A program made the position numbers and the translations under genes. DNA of 60,876 bases, filler included, from Candidatus Zapsychrus exili (GTDB lineage Bacteria > Omnitrophota > Gorgyraeia > Zapsychrales > Zapsychraceae): the NCBI GenBank assembly GCA_030765585.1. It is 8 parts of 8 records of this genome, joined end to end, with 100 filler letters (N's around TTAATTAATTAA, not from the genome) between each part and the next. Parts side by side here need not be neighbours in the genome. Positions count along the whole stretch, not along the records: positions 35,880 to 49,568 come from JAVCCJ010000026.1; 7 more parts are not named here. One strand, 5' to 3'. A model generated the notes under the pieces. That model ran no database searches, was not told the DNA's origin, and saw only the letters and a program-made list of their open reading frames with translations. Shown piece by piece: positions 39,254 to 48,412 of the stretch (positions are counted from its first letter, which is position 1; each line of letters begins with the position of its first letter).

Positions 39254-41935
39254 TTATGCTTCTTCTTTTATAGCTTCAGATAATTGAATACTATCTGTGT
39301 CATCTTCGCTATCAGAATCATTTACAACATTAAGCCCTAACAATAGCAGTACACTATTTATTGGAGTAATATTAATTATTACAGGAGAAAATCCTTTGAT
39401 ATCCATATTTAACAATGGCTCAAAAGCCTTCGAATCAAAAATAATCTCTCCCCCATCGCCTTCAAAATCCATTTCAATATTGTTTAAATCAATACCACCG
39501 ACTTCATTAAGATTAACGTTAGACAATTGAGTCTCGGTGAGCATGGCTTTATCTGGATCTCTTTCTTCAACAAGCACAAGTATTTCAATCTTAAGATCAG
39601 TATCTTCGCCAGATATCAGAGCTTCGTACTCTATTTGCCGCTCAATAACATATGCATTTTCATGCTTATTTGCTATCTGAAGCGCCCTTTCTCTTAATTC
39701 ATCTACTTGAATATTTTTTTCACCAGTATTTTGCGGTTCACTACCAATATACGCCACCTGAGCTTTAAACAAAATTCTTCCAGGATTACTTGACTCAACT
39801 CGAATTATTTTTGACATTCCTTCCTGAAATTCTACAATACTTGATCCAGGATTTTTAGCTTGAATTTCTTGAGCATAAGCAAATATCTGGCTTTTTTTAC
39901 TTGAAACAGACACTACCCCTTCAAATAAAGTTGCCTTTTCTAAATATCTACCTGCTAATTCCATAAATTGACCAACTAATTTCTTGCCTTCCTTGCCATC
40001 CCAACGCTCACCGTGCTCACCAATATCTCTCAATTTATCACTTACTATCACAACATCATACTCATCTCGACGATTCATTTCTTTAATAGCAGCTGTTGCT
40101 CTTTTTTCTTGTTTTGCAGATGCTGTAGGCATTTCTTTGCTGCGTTCTTTTTGTCTTTCTATCATTTCTCGATAAATAACCTCTTCTCTATTTATATTTC
40201 TTTTAGACATTCGAGATGCTATTTCTTCTTCAGATAGCGGAGCTATAAATATACTATATACTTTATCAGAATAACGATTTCTTAGTAATTGTGCCCAATC
40301 AGCAGAAACTTCAGCAATTGCTTGTTTTCTGCTTTCAACAGCTCTTTTAACATCATCTAAATTAATAGCTTGTAAATCATCGTGAACCGACATAATTACA
40401 AAATTGCCTTTTTGCGCAAGCTTTTGAATTTCTTCTCTTGATCTGAATCTATAATCAACGCCCTCTTTTTCCCCAGGACGCATATCTCGAGATGTATATA
40501 ATACAATTCTTTCAAAAGCATCTGGATAACGCTTTTTAATCTGTTCCCATAAAGGACTTTTGCCTGTCGCTGATGGGCCAGAATACAATATTAATTCCTT
40601 TGCGCTTACCATCGCCTCATCTGTCATCTCGTTAACCAAGTTCATATCAACTGGCGCGATATTTAAAGCTAGTACGAGTGATTGGGTATCAGTGAGTAGG
40701 GCGCTGTCTTCATCCGAAAACTCTTTATCTATTTCTGATGCCAATTTACCAAAAGAATCAGAAATATCTTGCGCATATGCAAGAATTTTATTTAATGAGA
40801 TTTTTCCAACAGTTGTCTTGTAATGCGTCTGATCATGTCTAACAATTTCGTATTCAGTAAAATACACATAATCAGATTTAATAATAAAAGTAATTCTATA
40901 TTCATAATGTACTCCAGCATATTTTGATGAAGCATAGTTAAGATGAAATGGACCAGCTTTTGTATCACCTCTTTCAATAGCTTTTGATAGCTCACTCATC
41001 ATTTCTCTACCTCCAGCCTTTAAAAATTCATTGCCTTTGGAGAAATCCTCAAAAAATCTAATATTTTCACTTTTAAATTCTGCTCTTAAATTTTCTGGAA
41101 GAGCAATGTTTACTTCATCAATTTTTTTATATCCAGTTATATAATATTCTTGTGTTTCTTTCTCTATTACATCAAAATATAATGAATTTTTAGATGGCCT
41201 AAATTGAATAATATACCCACTAGGCAACGATACGTCTTTAAAATCAAAATCTCCATCAAGTATATTCTTAATGCTATTAACTAGCAACGTCATAGGATAT
41301 GAATCTATTGGTTTCTTTATTATCCTCTTTATTTCTACAACAACATCCGATATTACACCTTGTATGCTTTCTTCTTTTTCTTTCTTTAATAGCAAGTTAT
41401 GCATAGCATGCTTTTTAAGATTAGCCTTAAATATTGCAACCTTATCTGCTCCATCTTTTATTCTTAAATATTCATCCCAAGCCTGCGCATTTAACTTAGC
41501 TAATTCATCTAATGTAACCTCCTCACGAATAGCTGCTCCATCTTGTTTTAAAAATGATGCAGATACTTCTGCTAAAAATTCTTTGATATCAATACCATGA
41601 CTAATATCGAACACAGAGTCATCTTCTTCCAAAACTTTACCATCACTATATCCCAGAAGACTTCGACTTCCATCAATTACAACAATATCTCCTGCGCTTA
41701 AATTACGTCCACTTTCTAATTTTATTATATTTTTATCTGCTATAAATCTTGCTGCATTCAAATTAATAAGCGAAGGAATACCTGCCAAACGAGTCAGTAC
41801 GGCTTCGTGCGACGATCCATTACCATAATTTGTAATTAATGCTGATCTTGGATATTCAAAAGCCAGTGATAAAAATTCATCTCTAAAAGAAGATTGCTGA
41901 ATAATTACAAATACAATAGGCTCATTCTTTTCCAT
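39254..41935 (-). CDS. C-terminal part of giant modular protein: phospho-His domain, guanylate kinase domain, GGIDLN tail
   Basis: GSSHEAVLTRLAGIP (PEP-utiliser mobile domain); SGPSATGKS..YTSRDMRPGEKEGVDY (guanylate kinase); GGIDLN near the C-terminus. Confidence 0.8.
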   Translation of the reverse strand: MEKNEPIVFVIIQQSSFRDEFLSLAFEYPRSALITNYGNGSSHEAVLTRLAGIPSLINLNAARFIADKNIIKLESGRNLSAGDIVVIDGSRSLLGYSDGKVLEEDDSVFDISHGIDIKEFLAEVSASFLKQDGAAIREEVTLDELAKLNAQAWDEYLRIKDGADKVAIFKANLKKHAMHNLLLKKEKEESIQGVISDVVVEIKRIIKKPIDSYPMTLLVNSIKNILDGDFDFKDVSLPSGYIIQFRPSKNSLYFDVIEKETQEYYITGYKKIDEVNIALPENLRAEFKSENIRFFEDFSKGNEFLKAGGREMMSELSKAIERGDTKAGPFHLNYASSKYAGVHYEYRITFIIKSDYVYFTEYEIVRHDQTHYKTTVGKISLNKILAYAQDISDSFGKLASEIDKEFSDEDSALLTDTQSLVLALNIAPVDMNLVNEMTDEAMVSAKELILYSGPSATGKSPLWEQIKKRYPDAFERIVLYTSRDMRPGEKEGVDYRFRSREEIQKLAQKGNFVIMSVHDDLQAINLDDVKRAVESRKQAIAEVSADWAQLLRNRYSDKVYSIFIAPLSEEEIASRMSKRNINREEVIYREMIERQKERSKEMPTASAKQEKRATAAIKEMNRRDEYDVVIVSDKLRDIGEHGERWDGKEGKKLVGQFMELAGRYLEKATLFEGVVSVSSKKSQIFAYAQEIQAKNPGSSIVEFQEGMSKIIRVESSNPGRILFKAQVAYIGSEPQNTGEKNIQVDELRERALQIANKHENAYVIERQIEYEALISGEDTDLKIEILVLVEERDPDKAMLTETQLSNVNLNEVGGIDLNNIEMDFEGDGGEIIFDSKAFEPLLNMDIKGFSPVIINITPINSVLLLLGLNVVNDSDSEDDTDSIQLSEAIKEEA

Positions 41936-44900
41936 GAAATTGCGAGCCTGATCTTCGGTAAACTAGATGCCCTTGAAAATCACCTGCAGTAGAAGCCATC
42001 GCCATTGCAAGAGTCTCTATCTCTTTTTTCTTCTTAATCTTATAAACCGCTCTTTCTTTTAGCTTTTCTTGTAGAAACTGAATACGAGACACTGCCTTTA
42101 CCTCTTCTATCGTTTTATTCTCTAATAATTCAGTAATATACGCAATCTCGCCTTGAGGAGAAAAATTAAGATTTCGCGTCTGAAGAAAATAAACCTTCCC
42201 CTGATTCACAACAAACTCAAGTTCTTGCGGCCCTACCTCATCTTCTAATTTAATCTTAGCATCTATTAATTGCCTATAAACTTTCGGATTTATCTCAGAC
42301 AAATCATTAATATTATTTCCTACGCCTCCCAATGTCATTAATTCTTCACCGTTCGCATCTAAAATATACTGCCCAAACATTTTATCTTCATTAGTGTCAG
42401 GATTACGTGTTGAGAAAACTCCAGACATAAAGTTTGTAACGGTTTTTATCAAAGAAGGATCAGAATCATGTGTTGAGAAAACTCCAAATATAAAGTTTGT
42501 AACAGTTTTTATCAAAGAGGGGTCAGGATATTCTTGCTCATTGTATATTTTAGCTTTGGGCGCTTTCCCATCAATCCATTCTTGAATTATGATCGGAAGA
42601 TCATATTTGTCACCCTTCAATGTATTCCTATGTTTCTTTGAAAGACCACTGTTCCATGATTTTGCAACACTTTTAATTGCGCTAAGAATACTCTCAAGTC
42701 CTACATTTGTAATTGTATCGTATCTACCCGGTGCGGATACCTTTGGATTACTTCGAATAGAAAAAGAAGACTTTTTAAGATCAACTCCAGAACGCTCCAA
42801 TTCCACATTAATAAAAGAGACAAACTGCTCTGCTCTTGAGCTATCAAGAATAGTTTTAACAAAATCTTCAGATAAGGCAATGCCAGGAGGATACGCAAGA
42901 CCCAAGCGTTCAAAAATCAAAAAACCCGCTTCCTTATTTCCAAGTGAAACAGAAAAAGGGCTTTTGCCCAGTATCCTGACACCTGAATTAACTATAGATT
43001 CAATATCTTTAACAAATGATGTGCTTTCCTCATTCTTGCCTAAAAGAGCTTTTCTTAATGACGATTTCCCCACAAGCACACAAAACTTCAACAATGAATC
43101 ATATTCTCCAGGAACAACATAAAAATTCTGATAATATTGAGTATAATAATGCTCAGGATTAAAAGAATAATCTCCGACTGTTCCCTCTCGAGCAAAACCT
43201 ACATAAGCCTTTTCTAAATTATAAATATCTGAAATACCAACTTTATATTTTAAGAAATCTGAGAAAGAATCATTATCGATAACGCGCGAATAGCTTTCGC
43301 CATTACTATATCTATCATGTTCATCAATAATAATAATTTCTCCGTGTGGAACATGTCCAAGAGCAAATTTTCTGTCCTTTTCTATGAGAGCTTTAACATG
43401 CAGAGTGTACAACTTAAAAAGAACATGCTGATCAATTTTAAGATTAATCTTGCGTGCAGAGTTAAGAATTTCTACAAAATATCTATCCTTTTTAGGATCA
43501 TAGGCTCCTTTTTTATCACCCAACATAGCCGCATCTACATCTCCATCTTCAGGTCTAATCTCAACCTCAACAGTCGATGACTTGCCAACCTCTGAGCTAT
43601 CAATCCTTTTTGCATTATCAGTTTTCTTAACAATTAGGGCATTGTCTACAGAAACAATTTCCATATAAGCAGGAGTTCCTTCTACTTCTTCATGATAAAT
43701 AATATCAACATTCTTTAAAACTAACACACCATCTTCCTTGTATTTCTGAAGTTCAGGAATTGCATTTAAATCAATCTCTTCATTTGCTTTATTGATAATA
43801 CTTACTTTTCCTGCAAGACGAGCATCTTTTGACTTCACTTTTCCTTCAATTCTTAGAGACTTTAATTCTCTTAATTTTATATGTCCAAATGCATTAATAA
43901 AGTTTTGATATTCTTTCCAATACTCCTTGTCATTAGAATTTTCAATGATTATTTCTGGAGGGACAAGTCCATCCTCAGCATCATTTAACGAGAAATTTAA
44001 ATCAAAATCATAATAATCACTGTAACTTTGTAGCAACATATCAAAGGGATTTTTTACAGGAGTAAAAAATAATGTTCTAGGAATATCTACAAAAAACAAC
44101 GCCCTGTCTAACCCTTTAGATGACAATATCTCTTTCACCTTTGGATTTGTTGTTGTTTGAAAGAACTCATTTAAGTTATGCATTACAGTTCCAATTGCAC
44201 CGTCAATAGGTCTAAAATATCTATCATCTCCTTTATCTTTAAGTTTTTGTGCAAAAGGTTTTTTAATTAAAGTTGGAGAAATAATCTTTAATATTTCTTT
44301 AACATCCTTATATTCATCCAGTTTTTTTAAATCCTCAAATATTTCACTTAAAATTGATTCATTAATGTAAAAAATGTTTGTGTTAAATGGTTGTTTGCCT
44401 TCTTCTCCAATGCCATTTTTTTGTCCAGCAGAATAGAATTCTTCCTCTTGATTCGCTAGGACAGCATCTGCTTTTTCCATCTGAGCAGGAACAAGCACAT
44501 CTTTACCTTCTACTTGAATAATTTTTGCCCCATCTTTTCCACCTTTTTTATCAATTGAAGTTGCAGGAGTCGTCAATTTTACTATCGGTAAATTATTTTT
44601 TATCATCCATCCTGTTATATATTCATCCACACGGCTATTGATATTGTCTCCGTTGTAAAACACTCTGATATGTTTTTCATCGTTTTCTTTAATAGGATCT
44701 TTTATAATATTATACAAAAACAAGAACCCTAATTGTCCATGACCTCCCGGCTGCTTATAATTCAGTCCTTTTCTAAGATTTTTTAAAACTAAACTATTAC
44801 TCTCTTTCTCGAACCAAGGAAGATCTTTTTGTTCTATCATTTCCAGCACTTCAATCCCAACCTGATCTGATTCTAAAATCTCTCTGTATGTTCGTTTTCT

Positions 44901-47195
44901 ACTATTTGTCTTAAGCCTGTCATGAAAATAATCTAATTTATCAAGAAGATCCTTGTAGGAAGCTTTTGATTGCCAATTTACAAGCGGCTGAAGCTTCATT
45001 TTAGAGAATTTATTTTTCTTGGCGATATCAATAAGTTGCAGCAGCTTTGCTTCAGCAACACTTACGAATATCTCTTTTTCCTCTCGTTTAATCATATAAC
45101 CAAGATCTGTCCCCTTAGCTCCCATTTTAATTGAATTGACCTCTTCTTCAGTCAACCCTTCTATTCTTGCTTTATTTTGTAAGAATTTTAAACGATTTAA
45201 AGATTCGCCTATTCCTCCATCCATTGAATTTATCGTAACGATAGCCTGTTTTGCAACTTTTGCGTTTTCTTCGTCAGCTGCAATTTCTGCGTAAGAATAA
45301 GAGCCTAGCAACTTTTTGCGTTCTTCTTCTGTTAACATAGAAGCTAATATAAAATTCTCACCTTCCTTCATGTTCTTTCTATCTAAAACGATTTTTAATT
45401 GTTCTCCCTCTATAGGCATTTGAACCCAAAGATTAGCAAAATATTCTCTATCGGAATTCGAAAATCCATATAATTCTTGAGCCATTTTTAGAATTCTCAA
45501 TTGCTCTGCACTTAAAGCAGGACAAATTTCAATCTTTTCAAAAGCATCAACAGGCTCATACCAAGCCTCTTTTTTATATGTTATAGAGCCTGACTCCCAC
45601 CCAGTATGTCCTTCGGGATGCTGAGACATGACAAAACCTTCTCCCCACGCTTCAGTAACTTCTTCTGCAGGATGATGAATTTGATGCTCATTTCCTTTTT
45701 CATATTTAATTTCAAAACCATACCCTTCTTCTTTAAGCTTTAACGCTTTAGATAAAAATTCTAAAGTTTTTGCTTTTTTGTTATATGGATTTCTTTTAAT
45801 CGTACTTTCTGGAATTTTATCAACAAGCTCATCAAAAGTACTGATAATTTCTTTTACCTCTAAACCTTTTCTATTTCTAAGCACTTCTATTGAAGCAAGT
45901 CGTTTTTCATCGCTTTTCTTCTCATTCAATGCTCTTTTGATATGCCACCCTGTAGGCATGCCCAGCATCGCCTCATCTACATCTTCTTCAGGTCTAATCT
46001 CAACCTCAACAATCGATGACTTGCCAACGCTTGAACTATTAATCCTTTTTGAACTTTCAGTTCTTTTAACTACCATCGCCTGATCTTTGAATCCACCTGA
46101 AAAATATTTCTTCGGAACAATTTGCTTAGACTCTGGGTCGTACTCTTCCCTTATATGATTGTATACACCCTTTTTATAGGCAATCATGTATTGGTTGTAG
46201 ATTTGTTCTGGAGTTGTCATTGCGAGCGTATTTTGCGAAGCAATCTCATTATTGGAGATTGCCGCGTCGGTTTGGTTTTCTGATTGCCTCCTCGCAATGA
46301 CATCAGAAGCTTTAACACCTGCCACCTTATTTTGGTCAATGTATACTTTTGAAAGAATGCTATTTTTAACTTTTTGCTTATACCATTTGGCAAGGATAAG
46401 CGAATGATACATCTGACGTAGTGAGGCAAAATGTTGCCCTTGATTTACTTCTTTTTCTATTTCAGGAATAATTATATTTCTTATTAATTGAACATTAACA
46501 TCTTCTGCTTTGCTATCCGCTAAACGCTGTTCGCTATTCGCTAAATAATCCTTATCAAGCATTACCTTCAATTTTGACTCAACTACATAAACAGTTACGC
46601 CGTTTTCATAAATGGTAGCGCTCTCAGGTAAAATCCAAACCTTATTAAATGTATCTGCAGGTATATTACTAATGCCTTGCTCTTCTGCTTTTGCATAAAT
46701 CGCCTCCCAAAGCTTTTTACCAACCTCTCCCTCAGGATGCATCAAAGATGCTGTTAGCTGTTTTAGGATATAATCTTGAGCTAATAAATCGCGACCTAAC
46801 TCTGTTTTACCTAAAGCATCTGGAACAATGCGATCACGCTCTACTGGAGATAAGTTTACCCACAAATCACCCTTTGGAACTGTCATAGAGGCTAAAAAAT
46901 AATTTACGAGGCGTTTGCTTTCAGTTTTTAGCTCTTCCCCTTCTAGCTTAGAATTTCCATTATCAACAATAAAATCAAACTTAAAAGGATCTTCTAGATG
47001 AACTGTCATGCCTCTTAAGAGAGTTGGAACATATGCAGCGCTTTGTGTAACCATTACGCCTGGCGTAGGCAAGTTAATCACGCTCTGAGCAAAGGACGGC
47101 GAAAGTAATACCGAGCTAAAGACAAGTGTTAAGATTAATAAAGCACAAATGCTCCTATAAACATTATTAGTTTTTCTTGTGGTAAAAATGTTCAT
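41922..47195 (-). CDS. N-terminal part of giant modular secreted protein: head domain, UDPGP-family UGPase, PPDK-like ATP-grasp domain
   Basis: Signal peptide; MDGGIGESL, PGGHG, NGDN, PFNTN, FTPVK (UGPase); LGNK, SIRS..PGRYDT, SGVFSTRNP, ELEF..YFLQTR (PPDK N-domain); frameshift near 41960. Confidence 0.8.
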   Translation of the reverse strand: MNIFTTRKTNNVYRSICALLILTLVFSSVLLSPSFAQSVINLPTPGVMVTQSAAYVPTLLRGMTVHLEDPFKFDFIVDNGNSKLEGEELKTESKRLVNYFLASMTVPKGDLWVNLSPVERDRIVPDALGKTELGRDLLAQDYILKQLTASLMHPEGEVGKKLWEAIYAKAEEQGISNIPADTFNKVWILPESATIYENGVTVYVVESKLKVMLDKDYLANSEQRLADSKAEDVNVQLIRNIIIPEIEKEVNQGQHFASLRQMYHSLILAKWYKQKVKNSILSKVYIDQNKVAGVKASDVIARRQSENQTDAAISNNEIASQNTLAMTTPEQIYNQYMIAYKKGVYNHIREEYDPESKQIVPKKYFSGGFKDQAMVVKRTESSKRINSSSVGKSSIVEVEIRPEEDVDEAMLGMPTGWHIKRALNEKKSDEKRLASIEVLRNRKGLEVKEIISTFDELVDKIPESTIKRNPYNKKAKTLEFLSKALKLKEEGYGFEIKYEKGNEHQIHHPAEEVTEAWGEGFVMSQHPEGHTGWESGSITYKKEAWYEPVDAFEKIEICPALSAEQLRILKMAQELYGFSNSDREYFANLWVQMPIEGEQLKIVLDRKNMKEGENFILASMLTEEERKKLLGSYSYAEIAADEENAKVAKQAIVTINSMDGGIGESLNRLKFLQNKARIEGLTEEEVNSIKMGAKGTDLGYMIKREEKEIFVSVAEAKLLQLIDIAKKNKFSKMKLQPLVNWQSKASYKDLLDKLDYFHDRLKTNSRKRTYREILESDQVGIEVLEMIEQKDLPWFEKESNSLVLKNLRKGLNYKQPGGHGQLGFLFLYNIIKDPIKENDEKHIRVFYNGDNINSRVDEYITGWMIKNNLPIVKLTTPATSIDKKGGKDGAKIIQVEGKDVLVPAQMEKADAVLANQEEEFYSAGQKNGIGEEGKQPFNTNIFYINESILSEIFEDLKKLDEYKDVKEILKIISPTLIKKPFAQKLKDKGDDRYFRPIDGAIGTVMHNLNEFFQTTTNPKVKEILSSKGLDRALFFVDIPRTLFFTPVKNPFDMLLQSYSDYYDFDLNFSLNDAEDGLVPPEIIIENSNDKEYWKEYQNFINAFGHIKLRELKSLRIEGKVKSKDARLAGKVSIINKANEEIDLNAIPELQKYKEDGVLVLKNVDIIYHEEVEGTPAYMEIVSVDNALIVKKTDNAKRIDSSEVGKSSTVEVEIRPEDGDVDAAMLGDKKGAYDPKKDRYFVEILNSARKINLKIDQHVLFKLYTLHVKALIEKDRKFALGHVPHGEIIIIDEHDRYSNGESYSRVIDNDSFSDFLKYKVGISDIYNLEKAYVGFAREGTVGDYSFNPEHYYTQYYQNFYVVPGEYDSLLKFCVLVGKSSLRKALLGKNEESTSFVKDIESIVNSGVRILGKSPFSVSLGNKEAGFLIFERLGLAYPPGIALSEDFVKTILDSSRAEQFVSFINVELERSGVDLKKSSFSIRSNPKVSAPGRYDTITNVGLESILSAIKSVAKSWNSGLSKKHRNTLKGDKYDLPIIIQEWIDGKAPKAKIYNEQEYPDPSLIKTVTNFIFGVFSTHDSDPSLIKTVTNFMSGVFSTRNPDTNEDKMFGQYILDANGEELMTLGGVGNNINDLSEINPKVYRQLIDAKIKLEDEVGPQELEFVVNQGKVYFLQTRNLNFSPQGEIAYITELLENKTIEEVKAVSRIQFLQEKLKERAVYKIKKKKEIETLAMAMASTAGDFQGHLVYRRSGSQFHGKE
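46215..46302. repeat. palindromic element, copy 3, inside the giant gene without breaking the frame
   Basis: Same termini as the 35900 and 37444 copies; read as VIARRQ...AIS..EIAS...LAMT. Confidence 0.8.
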
Positions 47196-47222
47196 CCATT
47201 ATCTCCTGATTGTTTATCCATT

Positions 47223-47274
47223 AAAAAAGCCACCCCTTAATTACACAGCAAATTTGCTATGCATAAGAGTGGCT
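47223..47274 (-). promoter_or_regulatory. leader hairpin with U-tract upstream of the giant gene (possible attenuator)
   Basis: Minus strand AGCCACTCTTA-TGCATAGCA-AATT-TGCTGTGTA-AT-TAAGGGGTGGCT-TTTTT, between a TTGACA-N16-CATACT promoter (47337-47310) and the AGGAG RBS. Confidence 0.55.
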
Positions 47275-47368
47275 GGATTATGCAAAATTTTATTTTGTTC
47301 TGGGGTTAAAGTATGCCATATTTTGACTATTTGTCAATATATAGGAATATACACTAAATATTAATATT

Positions 47369-48349
47369 TTAAGAGTTATTAGCCAGAAATATTGCTCGCT
47401 TTGGCGCGGGATATCCTTCTATTGTGAAATTCGAATTCTCTGGATCAAGAAAGCTAGAAAAAGATTCAAAACCCATCCATTTTGTAGTTCGCTGCTCAGC
47501 GCTTGTCGTTTGACTTACATCAACTAATCTTATATTTATAAATCCCCTCTTTTTAAGCCAAGCTTCTAATGTTTTAGCTGACGGAATAAAAAACACATTT
47601 GACATTTTTGCATAACAATTACTAGGCGATAGACAATCTCCATCCTCGCCATCAATTATAAGAGTCTCTAGTACCAGTTCTCCCTTACTTCTTAATAATG
47701 ACTTTAATTTTAATAAAAGATCAAAAGGCGATCTCCTATGATATAAAAGCCCCATACAAAACACAGTATCAAAAGCGCTAATATCATCAGGCAAATCATC
47801 AATTCCTAAAGGAAGTAGTCCTACATTTTGTTGTTTTGCAAAATGTTGCAAAACATAAAACTGAATTATATAAGAAAATGTAAAGTCAGCCCCTAAAACT
47901 AATTTTGGATTATTAGCAGCTGCGCGCAGGCAATGGTATCCGTTTCCACAGCCTACATCTAAAACTAATTTATCTTTAAGAGGTGCAATATGATTTTTTA
48001 GCCTGTCCCATTTCATATCAGAACGCCACTCGCTATCTATCTCTATTCCAAATAAATTAAATGGCCCCTTTCGCCAAGGAGAAAACTTCATTAAAAGATC
48101 TTTCAAGTTTTCTCTTTGTTTATCGTCACAATCTTGTTTTTTTCCTATACAAATACTTGAAGTGTTTAAATCTATTGAGGAAGGTTTTATCTCTGGTAAG
48201 CTATCTAAAATATCTATCCATTTAGGTAAATCGCCATTATTAGAATTCTTGATTATATCATCAGCTCTCGTTTTAAGTTCATCTGCTACAGAGCTTAGGC
48301 GAGTGGTTTTCATGCAGTCAAATATATGGTCATATCCAATTGTTTTCAT
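47369..48349 (-). CDS. cmoB: tRNA U34 carboxymethyltransferase
   Basis: PWRKGPF, IDSEWRSDMKW, LDVGCGNGYH, GLLYHRRSP, EQRTT.WM, TIEGYPAP. Confidence 0.95.
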   Translation of the reverse strand: MKTIGYDHIFDCMKTTRLSSVADELKTRADDIIKNSNNGDLPKWIDILDSLPEIKPSSIDLNTSSICIGKKQDCDDKQRENLKDLLMKFSPWRKGPFNLFGIEIDSEWRSDMKWDRLKNHIAPLKDKLVLDVGCGNGYHCLRAAANNPKLVLGADFTFSYIIQFYVLQHFAKQQNVGLLPLGIDDLPDDISAFDTVFCMGLLYHRRSPFDLLLKLKSLLRSKGELVLETLIIDGEDGDCLSPSNCYAKMSNVFFIPSAKTLEAWLKKRGFINIRLVDVSQTTSAEQRTTKWMGFESFSSFLDPENSNFTIEGYPAPKRAIFLANNS

Positions 48350-48412
48350 CGAAGTATTTTACACAAGCAAAAAGGTAGACGCTACCTTTTTCTTTTGCTA
48401 GGATATTGGTCT

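Noticed and set aside
42589..43122. 177-aa plus-strand ORF and the many other short antisense ORFs in the track
   Set aside because: Shadow frames of well supported genes on the opposite strand, with no motifs or RBS
46513..46545. Short CGCTA-type heptamer-like repeats in the giant gene
   Set aside because: Too short and degenerate to support a call
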